Shown: positions 18,719-27,127 of the stretch, piece by piece
How positions within the stretch are numbered: the stretch's first letter is position 1
Layout of the letters: each line of letters opens with the position of its first letter
From: Chromatiales bacterium
GTDB taxonomy: Bacteria; Pseudomonadota; Gammaproteobacteria; JAHELT01
Direction: 5' to 3'
NCBI GenBank assembly: GCA_024644045.1
Contig: JAHELT010000004.1
Span: forward strand, 1,974-65,973
DNA length: 64,000 nt
Translations under genes and position numbers: made by a program
The notes under the pieces: generated by a model
What the model was told of the DNA's origin: nothing
The model's input: only the letters and a program-made list of their open reading frames with translations
Database searches by the model: none

Positions 18719-18804
18719 TGTCCTGCCCGTGCCGGGAACACTCCGCATGTTGCACGATTGGGTTTACAGCGTAAAGCGGGCGGCGGTACTGCGTGCCCGC
18801 AGGC

Positions 18805-18935
18805 CTAACGCTGCGCCTCGTGCGGGGTGCGGAAGTCGTCGCGTTCGAGCAGGGCCGAGGTGGCCAGTCCGAACAGCAGCCCCCCGGAAGGGCGCGCCCA
18901 CGTTGAAGAGGGTAACCCCGGATACGTGAACGGCC
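18805..18935 (-). pseudogene. Frameshifted C-terminal relic of a BenE benzoate/H+ symporter family gene
   Basis: VSGVTLFNVGAPFRG, then one extra G in a G run near 18880-18885, then LLFGLATSALLERDDF...*; resembles the BenE C-terminus ..NIGAPFWGL.FG...S.LLER.DF. Confidence 0.6.
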
Positions 18936-18948
18936 CAAATGGAGAAGC

Positions 18949-18983
18949 AAAAAAAGGGGTCGGACACTGCGGTATCCAACCCC
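18949..18983 (-). terminator. Rho-independent terminator of the 451-aa lipoprotein gene
   Basis: Minus strand GGGGTTGGATAC-CGCA-GTGTCCGACCCC followed by T7. Confidence 0.85.
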
Positions 18984-19003
18984 AGGTTGGGAGGTTGCTC
19001 AGC

Positions 19004-20359
19004 TCAGGGCGTGAACGTCATGTCGAACGCACCTTCCCAGTTCAAGCCGTTCGGGTAGATCGAAGCCAGGTAGTCGGGCGTCGCGATGGCGGCGCTGCGC
19101 CAGTCCATCGGGTCGGCGCCCTGGTTCGGTTCCTGATCGGCGAAGCCGTCATCGAAGATCGCGTTCAGCAGCGGCACGCAATCGTCACCCGGTTGTGAAC
19201 AGAGATTGCCCGTGAAATACGATGGGTCCAGACCGAGTTCGGAAACGATCAGATCCAGTGACGGATCGAACGGGTCCAGCGTGCCGCCGGTGGCCGGCGT
19301 CGTGCGGCCGCCGCGGTACTCGGCCGCCGTGATCTGCTTGTCGATCCAGTCCCAGGGCTCGCTGGCGGACTGATCGCCGTCGAAGAAGTACAGGTCGGTT
19401 TTGTCGAACAGGTAGTTGCCGAGATGATTGCCGGTGCCCGCGTTCAGCTCCAGCGGCAGCGTAAGATCGGCGATCAGCGCAATCGCCGCGCCTTCGCCGA
19501 ACCGATCGGCGACCGTGTACATTTTGAGATCCGGCAGCTCGCTGATGCCCACCACCGGTGCAAACTGCGCGTTCATGGCGATCAGTCCGCGCGCCGTGAA
19601 GACTTTCTCCAGCGGGTTGGCGTTCAGGTCGCGGGTGACCTCGATGCGAAACCCTTCGGCCCACGGGTTGCCGCCGTCGAAGCGCAGGAACATGTCCGCG
19701 AACTTCTCGTTATCGGTGAACGCGAAATCCATGCGCATGTCGGTGGGATCGTCCGCATCGTCTTTGCCACCAACCGTTTCGGCCACGATGACCATCTTGC
19801 CGCGCACGTTGCCGTTGGCTTCTTCGTGCCAGGAGATGTAGAAGCCGGGGGTGTCGCTGCTGGTCGGCGGTGTGCTGTGCTCGAACCCGTAGTACATGCG
19901 AATGGTGGTTTGTGTGCTGGATTCAGCGGTCACGCTGTAGTGCGTTGGATCGTCCGGATCGTAACCGGGCTTGGAGGGATCGTTGTCGGTCGCACGGATC
20001 TCGCCGTCCTGCGGTACGAAGCCGGAGATCTCGATCAGCAGATCGGCGACACAGGTCCAGGTGGCGATTGCGGAAACCATGAATTTGGACATTTCGTAGC
20101 CGTTGCGCAGCGGATCGTCGTCGTCGGCGCCGTTGAACGCACACGGCTCACCGGTGCCGCCGTGCGTACCCGCCGCACTGGTGCTCGCCGGCAACCGCCC
20201 GCCGGTCAGGCTGTCCGGCAGATCCAGGCTGACGCTCAACATCTCCTCGCCGCCACCGCTGCTGGTGGTCGACGTTTCGCAGGCGCTCAGGAGCATGAGC
20301 GGCGCGCTCAATGCGCACGCCAGTGCCGTCCGTTTGCAGGTACTGAATTTCATCAACAT
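19004..20359 (-). CDS. Hypothetical acidic lipoprotein
   Basis: Lipobox LLSAC, Ser/Thr/Gly linker, Asp-rich body with several Cys; own RBS and terminator. Confidence 0.8.
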   Translation of the reverse strand: MLMKFSTCKRTALACALSAPLMLLSACETSTTSSGGGEEMLSVSLDLPDSLTGGRLPASTSAAGTHGGTGEPCAFNGADDDDPLRNGYEMSKFMVSAIATWTCVADLLIEISGFVPQDGEIRATDNDPSKPGYDPDDPTHYSVTAESSTQTTIRMYYGFEHSTPPTSSDTPGFYISWHEEANGNVRGKMVIVAETVGGKDDADDPTDMRMDFAFTDNEKFADMFLRFDGGNPWAEGFRIEVTRDLNANPLEKVFTARGLIAMNAQFAPVVGISELPDLKMYTVADRFGEGAAIALIADLTLPLELNAGTGNHLGNYLFDKTDLYFFDGDQSASEPWDWIDKQITAAEYRGGRTTPATGGTLDPFDPSLDLIVSELGLDPSYFTGNLCSQPGDDCVPLLNAIFDDGFADQEPNQGADPMDWRSAAIATPDYLASIYPNGLNWEGAFDMTFTP

Positions 20360-20404
20360 CGCGTGTTCTCCCGTGAGTGCAACTGAACTTTACGTACCCT
20401 CACC

Positions 20405-20431
20405 GGAGACACCGAGCGGGCGCCGATTTGA
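20405..20431 (-). promoter_or_regulatory. Putative ECF-type promoter, copy C (TCAAAT-N14-TGTCTC)
   Basis: Same bipartite motif and 14-nt spacer as the copies at 20561 and 23509; points toward the lipoprotein gene. Confidence 0.6.
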
Positions 20432-20560
20432 TTTCGGCCGGCCGCTGCGGGCGCCGGGGCGACCTGCGGCCCTGGCGGAAGGAGGCTGCACGGCGGCGGC
20501 GAAATGCTCGCTGTTCCGCGCCGCTACGTCAAATTCACGGCGCCGGACGCAACATGTTTT

Positions 20561-20586
20561 TCAAACTTCCGGTAATCTCGCGTCTC
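20561..20586 (+). promoter_or_regulatory. Putative ECF-type promoter, copy A (TCAAAC-N14-CGTCTC)
   Basis: TCAAACTTCCGGTAATCTCGCGTCTC, 36 nt upstream of the M48 gene ATG; 20 of 26 nt identical to the 23509 copy. Confidence 0.7.
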
Positions 20587-20622
20587 CTTCTGCCTATCTG
20601 CGGTTAACCACGAAGCCCTACG

Positions 20623-22503
20623 ATGCCCTCACTCAACGCGCGCACCGCCGCCTTTTACCTTGCCGTAAGCTGCCTGGCGCTCTTCGGCTACGCACCGGAC
20701 GGGCCCGCGCAGACGGTGGTGCCGCCCGAGGATCCCACCCAGTCGATTGTCTACTGGCAACCCTATGTGATCGACCCGGGGCGGGATCCGCGCGTCGCAC
20801 AGGCGCAACGCATCTTCGCGGTGCTCCTGCGAGCCTGGGATATCACGCGCCTGGAGCCGGCCCTGCATGTGGTCAGCTCGAGCGAGGGGCCGTGGGCTGC
20901 GTCGCTCGCGGACGGCAACATCCTCCTCAGCCGCGCGGCCGTCGAAGCCTGCTTCCAGTTCGGACGCACCCGCGCCCCGCATCTGCTGGCCTTCGTGCTG
21001 GCGCACGAGCTGTCGCATCAGCGCGCCGACGATCTGTGGCACCATAAATTCTTCCGCCTGGCGGGCGCGCAGACATCGTCGGTTCAGGCACGTCTGGTCG
21101 AAGGCCTCGGGGCGGATCAGACCGCCCTCGAGGACATCGGCAAGCGGGAAGCGCGCGCGGATCACGACGGTCTGCTGCTGATGTCCAGCGTGGGCTTCGA
21201 CCCGTATCAGGTCATCGACGACAAGGATTTTTTCACCGCCTGGGTGGAGAGCCTGTGGGGCGGTTCCTGCGAGCGGTCGGCCAGCCATCGGCGCGCCTGC
21301 CGGGATGCGCAAAACCGGGCCCTGCGTACCCGGGTGCAGCTGGCCGAGGTGGCTTCTCAGGCCACCCTCTACGACCTGGGCGTGCAAGCCCTGGTGGCCG
21401 GCAAACACGAGGCGGCACGGCGGCTGTTCACCACCTACGGCCGCGCCTATCCCAGCCGCGCCGTGCTGGCCAGCCTCGGCACCAGCTACCTGGCCGAAGC
21501 CGTTGACGCTTATCGCGCGCTGCTCGCGACCGGCCGCCTGCAGGGGCCGGATTTCTACTACCCGCTGCTGCTCGACGCCCGTCCTCAGGCGCGCCCGCAG
21601 GTCACCGCCGCGGTCCGCGGGGCACCGCAGCAGCAACTGCCGCAGCGGATCAGGTACCTGCTTGCTGAGGCCAACCGGCACTACGATCGCGCCATCCGCC
21701 TGGAACCGGAGTACCGCGCGACCTATCTGCTGCTGGCGGTGAGCCATCTGCTGGAAGGCAATCCCTACCTGGTACGCGGCGTGCTGCAGGGGCGCTTTGC
21801 GCCGCGCTTCGGCGCCGACGCCGGCGCGGCTCTGCTGCTGGCAATGACACACGCGATCGAAGGTGACACGGCAACGTCGGAGCGAAAGCTCGAGGCGCTG
21901 CTGCGCGATCAGGCGGGTATGCCCTCGGCGCTGCCTCGCTCGCTGGTGCTGTATTCGGCCTATCACAATGCCGCCGCCCTTGCGCAGGTGCGCGGCGACC
22001 CGCAGCGCGCGAGGGCGTTGTGGAAGCAGCTGTCGGCACAGGCCGCCGGTGCCGGTGGACTGCTGTTCCGCCTGGCAGTGGCGCGCCTCGTCCGCGAGCC
22101 GGCCGCCGATCCGCAACGCTCGCAACGCGCGCTGTGGCTGGTCGCCGGGGCCCGGCCGGGCGAGCGGCTGGCCAGCAGCCACTTTGAGAAGACCGCTTTC
22201 CGGCGTGATCAGATCTGGGTGAACGGCACCCCGATGGGCGTGTACCGCAGCGCCGACGGGGCGCGCTTGGTGGTCGACGATGCGGGAGTCGTGCGTCACG
22301 CCTGGCAGGTGAAAACCGGTGGCCAGCTGCCCAGCGGCGTGGCGATCGGCGATACGGCGGACCGCGCGCTGAAAGTGCTCGGGCTTCCGAGCCGACACCT
22401 GCACCTGCTGTCGGGCGAGTATCTTGCCTACGATTTGCTGGGCCTGGCCGTGCACGTGGTCGGCGATACGATAGACGGTTGGTTCCTGTACGAGCCGGCG
22501 TGA
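20623..22503 (+). CDS. Exported M48-family metalloprotease with TPR-like repeats
   Basis: Signal peptide, WAASLADGNILLS, LAFVLAHELSH (HExxH), EARADHDG..GFDP; helical TPR-like middle; C-terminal G.AIGD...LG.P domain. Confidence 0.8.
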   Translation: MPSLNARTAAFYLAVSCLALFGYAPDGPAQTVVPPEDPTQSIVYWQPYVIDPGRDPRVAQAQRIFAVLLRAWDITRLEPALHVVSSSEGPWAASLADGNILLSRAAVEACFQFGRTRAPHLLAFVLAHELSHQRADDLWHHKFFRLAGAQTSSVQARLVEGLGADQTALEDIGKREARADHDGLLLMSSVGFDPYQVIDDKDFFTAWVESLWGGSCERSASHRRACRDAQNRALRTRVQLAEVASQATLYDLGVQALVAGKHEAARRLFTTYGRAYPSRAVLASLGTSYLAEAVDAYRALLATGRLQGPDFYYPLLLDARPQARPQVTAAVRGAPQQQLPQRIRYLLAEANRHYDRAIRLEPEYRATYLLLAVSHLLEGNPYLVRGVLQGRFAPRFGADAGAALLLAMTHAIEGDTATSERKLEALLRDQAGMPSALPRSLVLYSAYHNAAALAQVRGDPQRARALWKQLSAQAAGAGGLLFRLAVARLVREPAADPQRSQRALWLVAGARPGERLASSHFEKTAFRRDQIWVNGTPMGVYRSADGARLVVDDAGVVRHAWQVKTGGQLPSGVAIGDTADRALKVLGLPSRHLHLLSGEYLAYDLLGLAVHVVGDTIDGWFLYEPA

Positions 22504-22529
22504 TCTGCGCGGAGCAGGAGAACCGGGGT

Positions 22530-22538
22530 TGTTACAAT
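22530..22538 (+). promoter_or_regulatory. Candidate extended -10 (housekeeping-type) promoter for the sigma gene
   Basis: TGTTACAAT matches TGnTAnnnT, about 60 nt upstream of the GTG at 22601. Confidence 0.4.
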
Positions 22539-22600
22539 TGCGCGGAGCCACACGGCGGTGGTCGCGCGAGGGAGTCTGGGGGTTGCCTCAATCAAAGGGT

Positions 22601-23488
22601 GTGACGGACAGCGACCTGGCACTGGCCAGGCTCGCCGCGCAGGGCGACGCCGACTCGCGGCGTAAGGTAACGGAGCTGGCGGACCCCGTGGTGCGGGCGC
22701 ACACCGAGCAGTTCTGCAAACGCTACTGTCGCGAGAACCGTTTCCGCTATGCGTGCTCCTTACCCACCCCCTGGGGCTCGCCGCCGGACGATGCGCCGCT
22801 GTGCGAATGGGGCAATGCGAGTTACGCGTGGATGCTGGACGATCTCAGCAACCCTCAGCGGCTGTCACGGTTCGAGGCGCGCGACGGCGCAAGCCTGCGC
22901 GACTACTTCCACGCCATTGCCAATTCACTGCCGTTTTACGAGCGCTGGAAAAACTGGCGGTTCGGCCGGCGCGTTCACGTCCCCACCTACGTCGCGGAAC
23001 TGGCACCGCTCGCGGGGCGCGTTTTCCTGGCCCTGCGCAGCGGCGACAGCGTGCCGCTGATCGCGCAACAGCTGGGCTGTGCCGAGGAACAGATCGATGC
23101 GCTGAGTCAGCGCATTGTGGTCGAACTCACGCGCCGCGGACGCCTGCACGTGCTCGATCCGCCGCGCACCGAATCGCTTGCCGACGGCTCGGGGGAGGGC
23201 GACGGCGCCTTCGCGGAGCGGGACATACCGGTTTACGACCCGGCACACGAGGATCTCGAAGACCAGGCGGCGCTGCGCGCCGCCTGGCAGCAGCTCGAAG
23301 TGGTCGAGCAGTTCGTGCTCGAGAAGATGCTGATAGAAGAGCAGGATGCAAACGACGTGTTACATGCTCTTACGCAGCTCGATCTGCGCATCGCCGAGCA
23401 TGTCACCCCGGCGGCGGCGGACAGGCAGCAGTTGTACTACTTCAAACGTAAGTGCTTGGCCAAGCTGAACCGGCTGATGGCGCATTGA
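22601..23488 (+). CDS. Atypical ECF-like sigma-70 factor with a Cys4 insertion
   Basis: Sigma-type start SDLALARLAAQGD; region 2.3/2.4-like RFEARDGASLRDYFHAIAN; region 4-like AALRAAWQQLEVVEQFVL...RKCLAKL; followed by an anti-sigma-like gene. Confidence 0.7.
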   Translation: MTDSDLALARLAAQGDADSRRKVTELADPVVRAHTEQFCKRYCRENRFRYACSLPTPWGSPPDDAPLCEWGNASYAWMLDDLSNPQRLSRFEARDGASLRDYFHAIANSLPFYERWKNWRFGRRVHVPTYVAELAPLAGRVFLALRSGDSVPLIAQQLGCAEEQIDALSQRIVVELTRRGRLHVLDPPRTESLADGSGEGDGAFAERDIPVYDPAHEDLEDQAALRAAWQQLEVVEQFVLEKMLIEEQDANDVLHALTQLDLRIAEHVTPAAADRQQLYYFKRKCLAKLNRLMAH

Positions 23489-23508
23489 AATAAAATGCGC
23501 GAGCAGCG

Positions 23509-23534
23509 TCAAACGCCCGGAGATCCAGCGTCTC
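23509..23534 (+). promoter_or_regulatory. Putative ECF-type promoter, copy B (TCAAAC-N14-CGTCTC)
   Basis: TCAAACGCCCGGAGATCCAGCGTCTC, between the sigma stop and the anti-sigma start. Confidence 0.7.
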
Positions 23535-23556
23535 TTCTCATTGAAACGGAGCGTAA

Positions 23557-24432
23557 GTGATGAAAGAGCCAGATCCGCTCGACTTCGAGGAAGTCGCAGA
23601 GTACCTCGAGCAGCCCGAAGCGGTTGCGCACGCAGGATTTCGGCGCCGCCTGCTGGAGAGCCGGCTCAGCCGCCGCCGCGTTGATCTCGCGTGGCGTGTG
23701 CGTAACACCCTGCGCAGCGACCCGCAGTGCGTGATGCGGGAAGGGCACGGCGAATCGGCTTTGACGCCGGCCCTGCGCAGGGAACTGCAGCTGCTCGCAG
23801 CCGGGCAACTGGACAGCGAACGGCGCGCCAGTTTGCACGAGCGTCTGCAGGCAGATCCGGATCTGCTGCGCGAGGCGCTGCATTTCAGTTTTGCGGAGCG
23901 TGGGAAGCCCGAGCCGGCGGCGCGCGAGCAACGGCGTTTCGAGCTGTGGCTGGAACGGCTGCTCGCCTGGCGGGTGCCCGCGTGGGCAGCAGCAGCGACG
24001 GCGGCAGTGCTGATGCTGGCCGTGCTGGTGCTCGCACCGTACGGCGTCCCGGATGACCGTGGCTTGCAGATTGCAGGCTACCGCGACGATCCGGTGATCC
24101 GCTTCGCCGGGGAGGACGCGTTGCCGGGCCTGGGATTCTTCGCCGATGCACAGACCGAGACGCGACCGTTCGGCAATGTGCAGGTGCGCCTTCAGGATGA
24201 AGGTCTGGCGATGAGCTGGCCGCAAGTCCCTGGCGCGAGCGGCTATACTGTGCGTCTTTTCGTCGTCGAGCAGAGCAGCCAGCGTGAGGTCGCGAAGGTC
24301 GACGTGGCGACGAACTCGGCGGTGCTGGAGTCGGTTGCACTGCAGGCCGCGCGACGTTATGTGTGGGTGATATCCGGGGCGACGGACAGCAAGCGCAAAT
24401 TCGCCACACGGGGAGGTTTCGTATTGCGATGA
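23557..24432 (+). CDS. Putative single-pass anti-sigma factor with periplasmic beta-sandwich domain
   Basis: Anti-sigma-domain-like segment LLAAGQLDSERRASLHERLQADP, one TM helix WAAAATAAVLMLAVLVLA, and an Fn3-like C-terminus (SWPQVPGASGYTVRL..YVWVISG). Confidence 0.65.
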   Translation: MMKEPDPLDFEEVAEYLEQPEAVAHAGFRRRLLESRLSRRRVDLAWRVRNTLRSDPQCVMREGHGESALTPALRRELQLLAAGQLDSERRASLHERLQADPDLLREALHFSFAERGKPEPAAREQRRFELWLERLLAWRVPAWAAAATAAVLMLAVLVLAPYGVPDDRGLQIAGYRDDPVIRFAGEDALPGLGFFADAQTETRPFGNVQVRLQDEGLAMSWPQVPGASGYTVRLFVVEQSSQREVAKVDVATNSAVLESVALQAARRYVWVISGATDSKRKFATRGGFVLR

Positions 24433-25472
24433 GCAGACAGCGCATATGGTGGTGGCCGGTCCTGCTGTGCGCAACGGCGCTGGCGCTCGGCACGAGCGCT
24501 CACGCGCAGCAGAAACGGGGCATTGCAGTCGAGCCGGTGCCACGCAGCGAGGGTAATCCGCTCGGCGGCGGCACCTACCGCGCGCTCGTCATCGGCAATC
24601 AGCGCTACGCGGACCCGACCGGTCACTGGAAATCCCTGGAGACACCGGTTCGCGACGCGCGTGCCCTTTACCGCGTGCTGCGCGAGGAGTACGGATTCGA
24701 GGACGTGCGACTGGTCGAAAACGCTTCGCGGCGCGACATGCTGCTGGCGCTGCACGAGCTTGGCAAACGCGTGCTGGCCGACGACAACGTGCTCATCTAC
24801 TACGCCGGTCATGGCTTTCTCGATCCCGACACCGGCCGCGGCTACTGGGTGCCGGTCGATGCGCAGGGTACCGATCACACGACCTTTCTGCGCAATTCGA
24901 CGATTCGCGACGAGCTTTCCATCGTCGCCGGGCGGGCGCAGCATACGTTGTTGATCTCGGATTCGTGCTTCAGCGGGACGCTGTTGCGCAGCGCCACCCG
25001 CAGCATGCAACGCGATATCGGGTCGCAGCGTTACTATCGCCAGGTAGCGGCCAAGAAGAGCGTGCAGATACTGTCGGCCGGGGGCGTCGAGTACGTGGAC
25101 GACAACTACCGCAACAGCGGCCATTCGCCGTTCACGTACTTCCTGCTCAACAGCCTCGCGCACAACCGGCAGAATCTGCTCGCTACCAGCGAGCTGGTCG
25201 CCGATGTGACCAAGGCCGTTGCCAACAACGTGGACCAGGTTCCGCAAAGCGGTGTGCTGCAGGGCGCCGGCGATGAGCTGGGGGAGTTCATTTTTTTCAG
25301 AGTCGACGTGCACGTCGAGGGTGTTCCCGCCGATCGCGTGAAGGTGAAGGTGAACGTGATCCAGGCCGAGCCCGAGGCCGCAGAGGCCGCGGAGGCTGCT
25401 GCGCCCGCCGCCGATGAGTCGCCAACGCGCGATGCACCGACGCGTTTGATCGCGCCCTTACCGACCTTATGA
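24429..25472 (+). CDS. Exported caspase-family (peptidase C14) protease
   Basis: Signal peptide (..AHA), ALVIGNQRY, catalytic His in YYAGHG, catalytic Cys in ISDSCFSG, HSPFT; ATGA coupling to the upstream gene. Confidence 0.9.
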   Translation: MSRQRIWWWPVLLCATALALGTSAHAQQKRGIAVEPVPRSEGNPLGGGTYRALVIGNQRYADPTGHWKSLETPVRDARALYRVLREEYGFEDVRLVENASRRDMLLALHELGKRVLADDNVLIYYAGHGFLDPDTGRGYWVPVDAQGTDHTTFLRNSTIRDELSIVAGRAQHTLLISDSCFSGTLLRSATRSMQRDIGSQRYYRQVAAKKSVQILSAGGVEYVDDNYRNSGHSPFTYFLLNSLAHNRQNLLATSELVADVTKAVANNVDQVPQSGVLQGAGDELGEFIFFRVDVHVEGVPADRVKVKVNVIQAEPEAAEAAEAAAPAADESPTRDAPTRLIAPLPTL

Positions 25473-26230
25473 AAGGACGTTTCGTGAAACTCGCCGCCAT
25501 TGTAATTCTCGCTGCCGCCGCAGCCCTGGCGGGCGACGCGCATGCGCAAGAGCAGGCACAGGACGATGAGCCGCTGTCCATCAGCATCGGGGCGCGCCTG
25601 TTCGCTTCGGGCTGGGAGGGCGAAAACGAGATCAGCAGCACGACCCGCTTCGATGCCGACGACGGCGGCGCGCTGGGTTTCCGGGTGGTGCTGCAGAAAG
25701 GCCGCTTCTACGGGGGCGCGAGCTTCCAGGGCGGCGAGTACGGCTTCGACAACGGTTCACCCGACCGTGTCGGTGGTGCGCCGCTCCCGGGCGGCGCCGT
25801 GACCGATAGCCGTGCGACCATCAAACGCGGCGAGGTGGATCTGCTGTTCGGGTACTACTTCTGGGACCGCGTGTCGTTGTTCGTTGACATCAAACACGTG
25901 AACAACGAATGGACCGATGAGAACTATTCACTGAAGTACGGCGGTCTGGGCGCGGGCGTGTCCGGGTTCTGGCCGCTGAACGAGCAATGGACGGCATTCG
26001 GCACTTTCGGGATCGTGCCCCTGAACATCGAGGCGGGCAACACCGAGATCGGCGATGGCCTCGGCAGCGCCATCGAAGCCGGCCTGGTGTACCGTTTGTT
26101 AGAACGCACCACGCTGGTGTTCAGTCTGCGTAATCAGCACCAGGAGTACGATTTCGACAACGGCGCCAGGCAGTCGCACGATATCGGCGGCCTCGCGATC
26201 GGCATCAACCACCGGTTCGAAGCCAACTGA
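25469..26230 (+). CDS. Outer-membrane beta-barrel protein
   Basis: Signal peptide, amphipathic Gly/aromatic strands, terminal GINHRF; ATGA coupling to the caspase gene. Confidence 0.75.
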   Translation: MKGRFVKLAAIVILAAAAALAGDAHAQEQAQDDEPLSISIGARLFASGWEGENEISSTTRFDADDGGALGFRVVLQKGRFYGGASFQGGEYGFDNGSPDRVGGAPLPGGAVTDSRATIKRGEVDLLFGYYFWDRVSLFVDIKHVNNEWTDENYSLKYGGLGAGVSGFWPLNEQWTAFGTFGIVPLNIEAGNTEIGDGLGSAIEAGLVYRLLERTTLVFSLRNQHQEYDFDNGARQSHDIGGLAIGINHRFEAN

Positions 26231-26233
26231 CGC

Positions 26234-27049
26234 CTAATCCAGATACCGGTGGAAAAACGCCAGCGTTCTGGCCCACGCCAGCTTCGCGTCGTCCTCGTCG
26301 TAACGCCCGCCGCTCGGGTTGGCGAATGCGTGGTCGGCTACGTACCAGTGCACCGAGAGATCGTTTTTCTGCGCCTGCGCCATGGCCTGCTCGAACCTGC
26401 CGACCATCGCCGGATTGATGCGTTTGTCCAGGGTGCCGAAGTGGCCGAGCACCGGACCACGCAGCGAGCGCAGCTCTTCCGGGCTCTTGCTCACGTCGCC
26501 GTAGTAGATGACGGTTGCATCCACCGGCGTTGCCAGCGAGGCGTTCAACGACCAGCCGCCGCCGAAACACCAGCCGACCGTGCCGACGTGCCCGTTGCCC
26601 TTCGGATGAATGCGTAAGTGATACACCCAGGCCTCCAGCTCGCTGGTCGCCCTGGCGGGATCCATCGCCTTGCGCAGTGCGTTCGCCTCGTCACGCGTGG
26701 TGCCGACCTTGCCGCCGTACAGGTCTGCGGCGAGCGCCACGAAGCCGGCCTTTGCGAACTCGCCGGCCATGGTCTTGATCTGGTCGTTCAGCCCCCACCA
26801 TTCGTGAATCAGCAGGACCGCCGGGGCCGGGGTTTTACGCGGCAGCGCGATTACGCCGGATGCCTTTCCGTACTGCGTTTCGATCGCGATCGCCTCGGTG
26901 CGGCGCGCCGCGGCGCGCGCCAGTTTCGGGTCGGCGAGCACCAGCGCCAGGGGAACCGCCGCGGCGCTGCGTAACAGTGTGCGCCGTTTCAGGTCGGTCA
27001 GCGGGTTCGAGCTTTGCTCTGTCGGCGTGCAGCCGGCCGGGTCGCACAT
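26234..27049 (-). CDS. Dienelactone hydrolase family protein, Tat-type signal
   Basis: KRRTLL twin-arginine motif, IHEWWGLN, GWCFGG, HAFANP. Confidence 0.9.
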   Translation of the reverse strand: MCDPAGCTPTEQSSNPLTDLKRRTLLRSAAAVPLALVLADPKLARAAARRTEAIAIETQYGKASGVIALPRKTPAPAVLLIHEWWGLNDQIKTMAGEFAKAGFVALAADLYGGKVGTTRDEANALRKAMDPARATSELEAWVYHLRIHPKGNGHVGTVGWCFGGGWSLNASLATPVDATVIYYGDVSKSPEELRSLRGPVLGHFGTLDKRINPAMVGRFEQAMAQAQKNDLSVHWYVADHAFANPSGGRYDEDDAKLAWARTLAFFHRYLD

Positions 27050-27127
27050 CGGTCGCGCTCCTTCTACGGGTTTACTCGGTGCGCAGAGTATAGGACAGTA
27101 GGGCGTGACGCCGAAACTGGACTGAGC

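Noticed and set aside
20529-20554. Fourth TCAAAT half-site in the divergent promoter region
   Set aside because: No YGTCTC at the 14-nt spacing, so it was not counted as a motif copy.
20629-22551. 640-aa antisense ORF over the M48 gene, and similar long antisense ORFs (3007-5040, 33550-35082, 41555-43126, 60403-62400)
   Set aside because: No motifs; these mirror real genes, as expected at high GC.
22592-22617. TCAAAG-N14-CGACCT at the start of the sigma gene
   Set aside because: Both halves mismatch and it overlaps the start codon, so it cannot be that gene's promoter.
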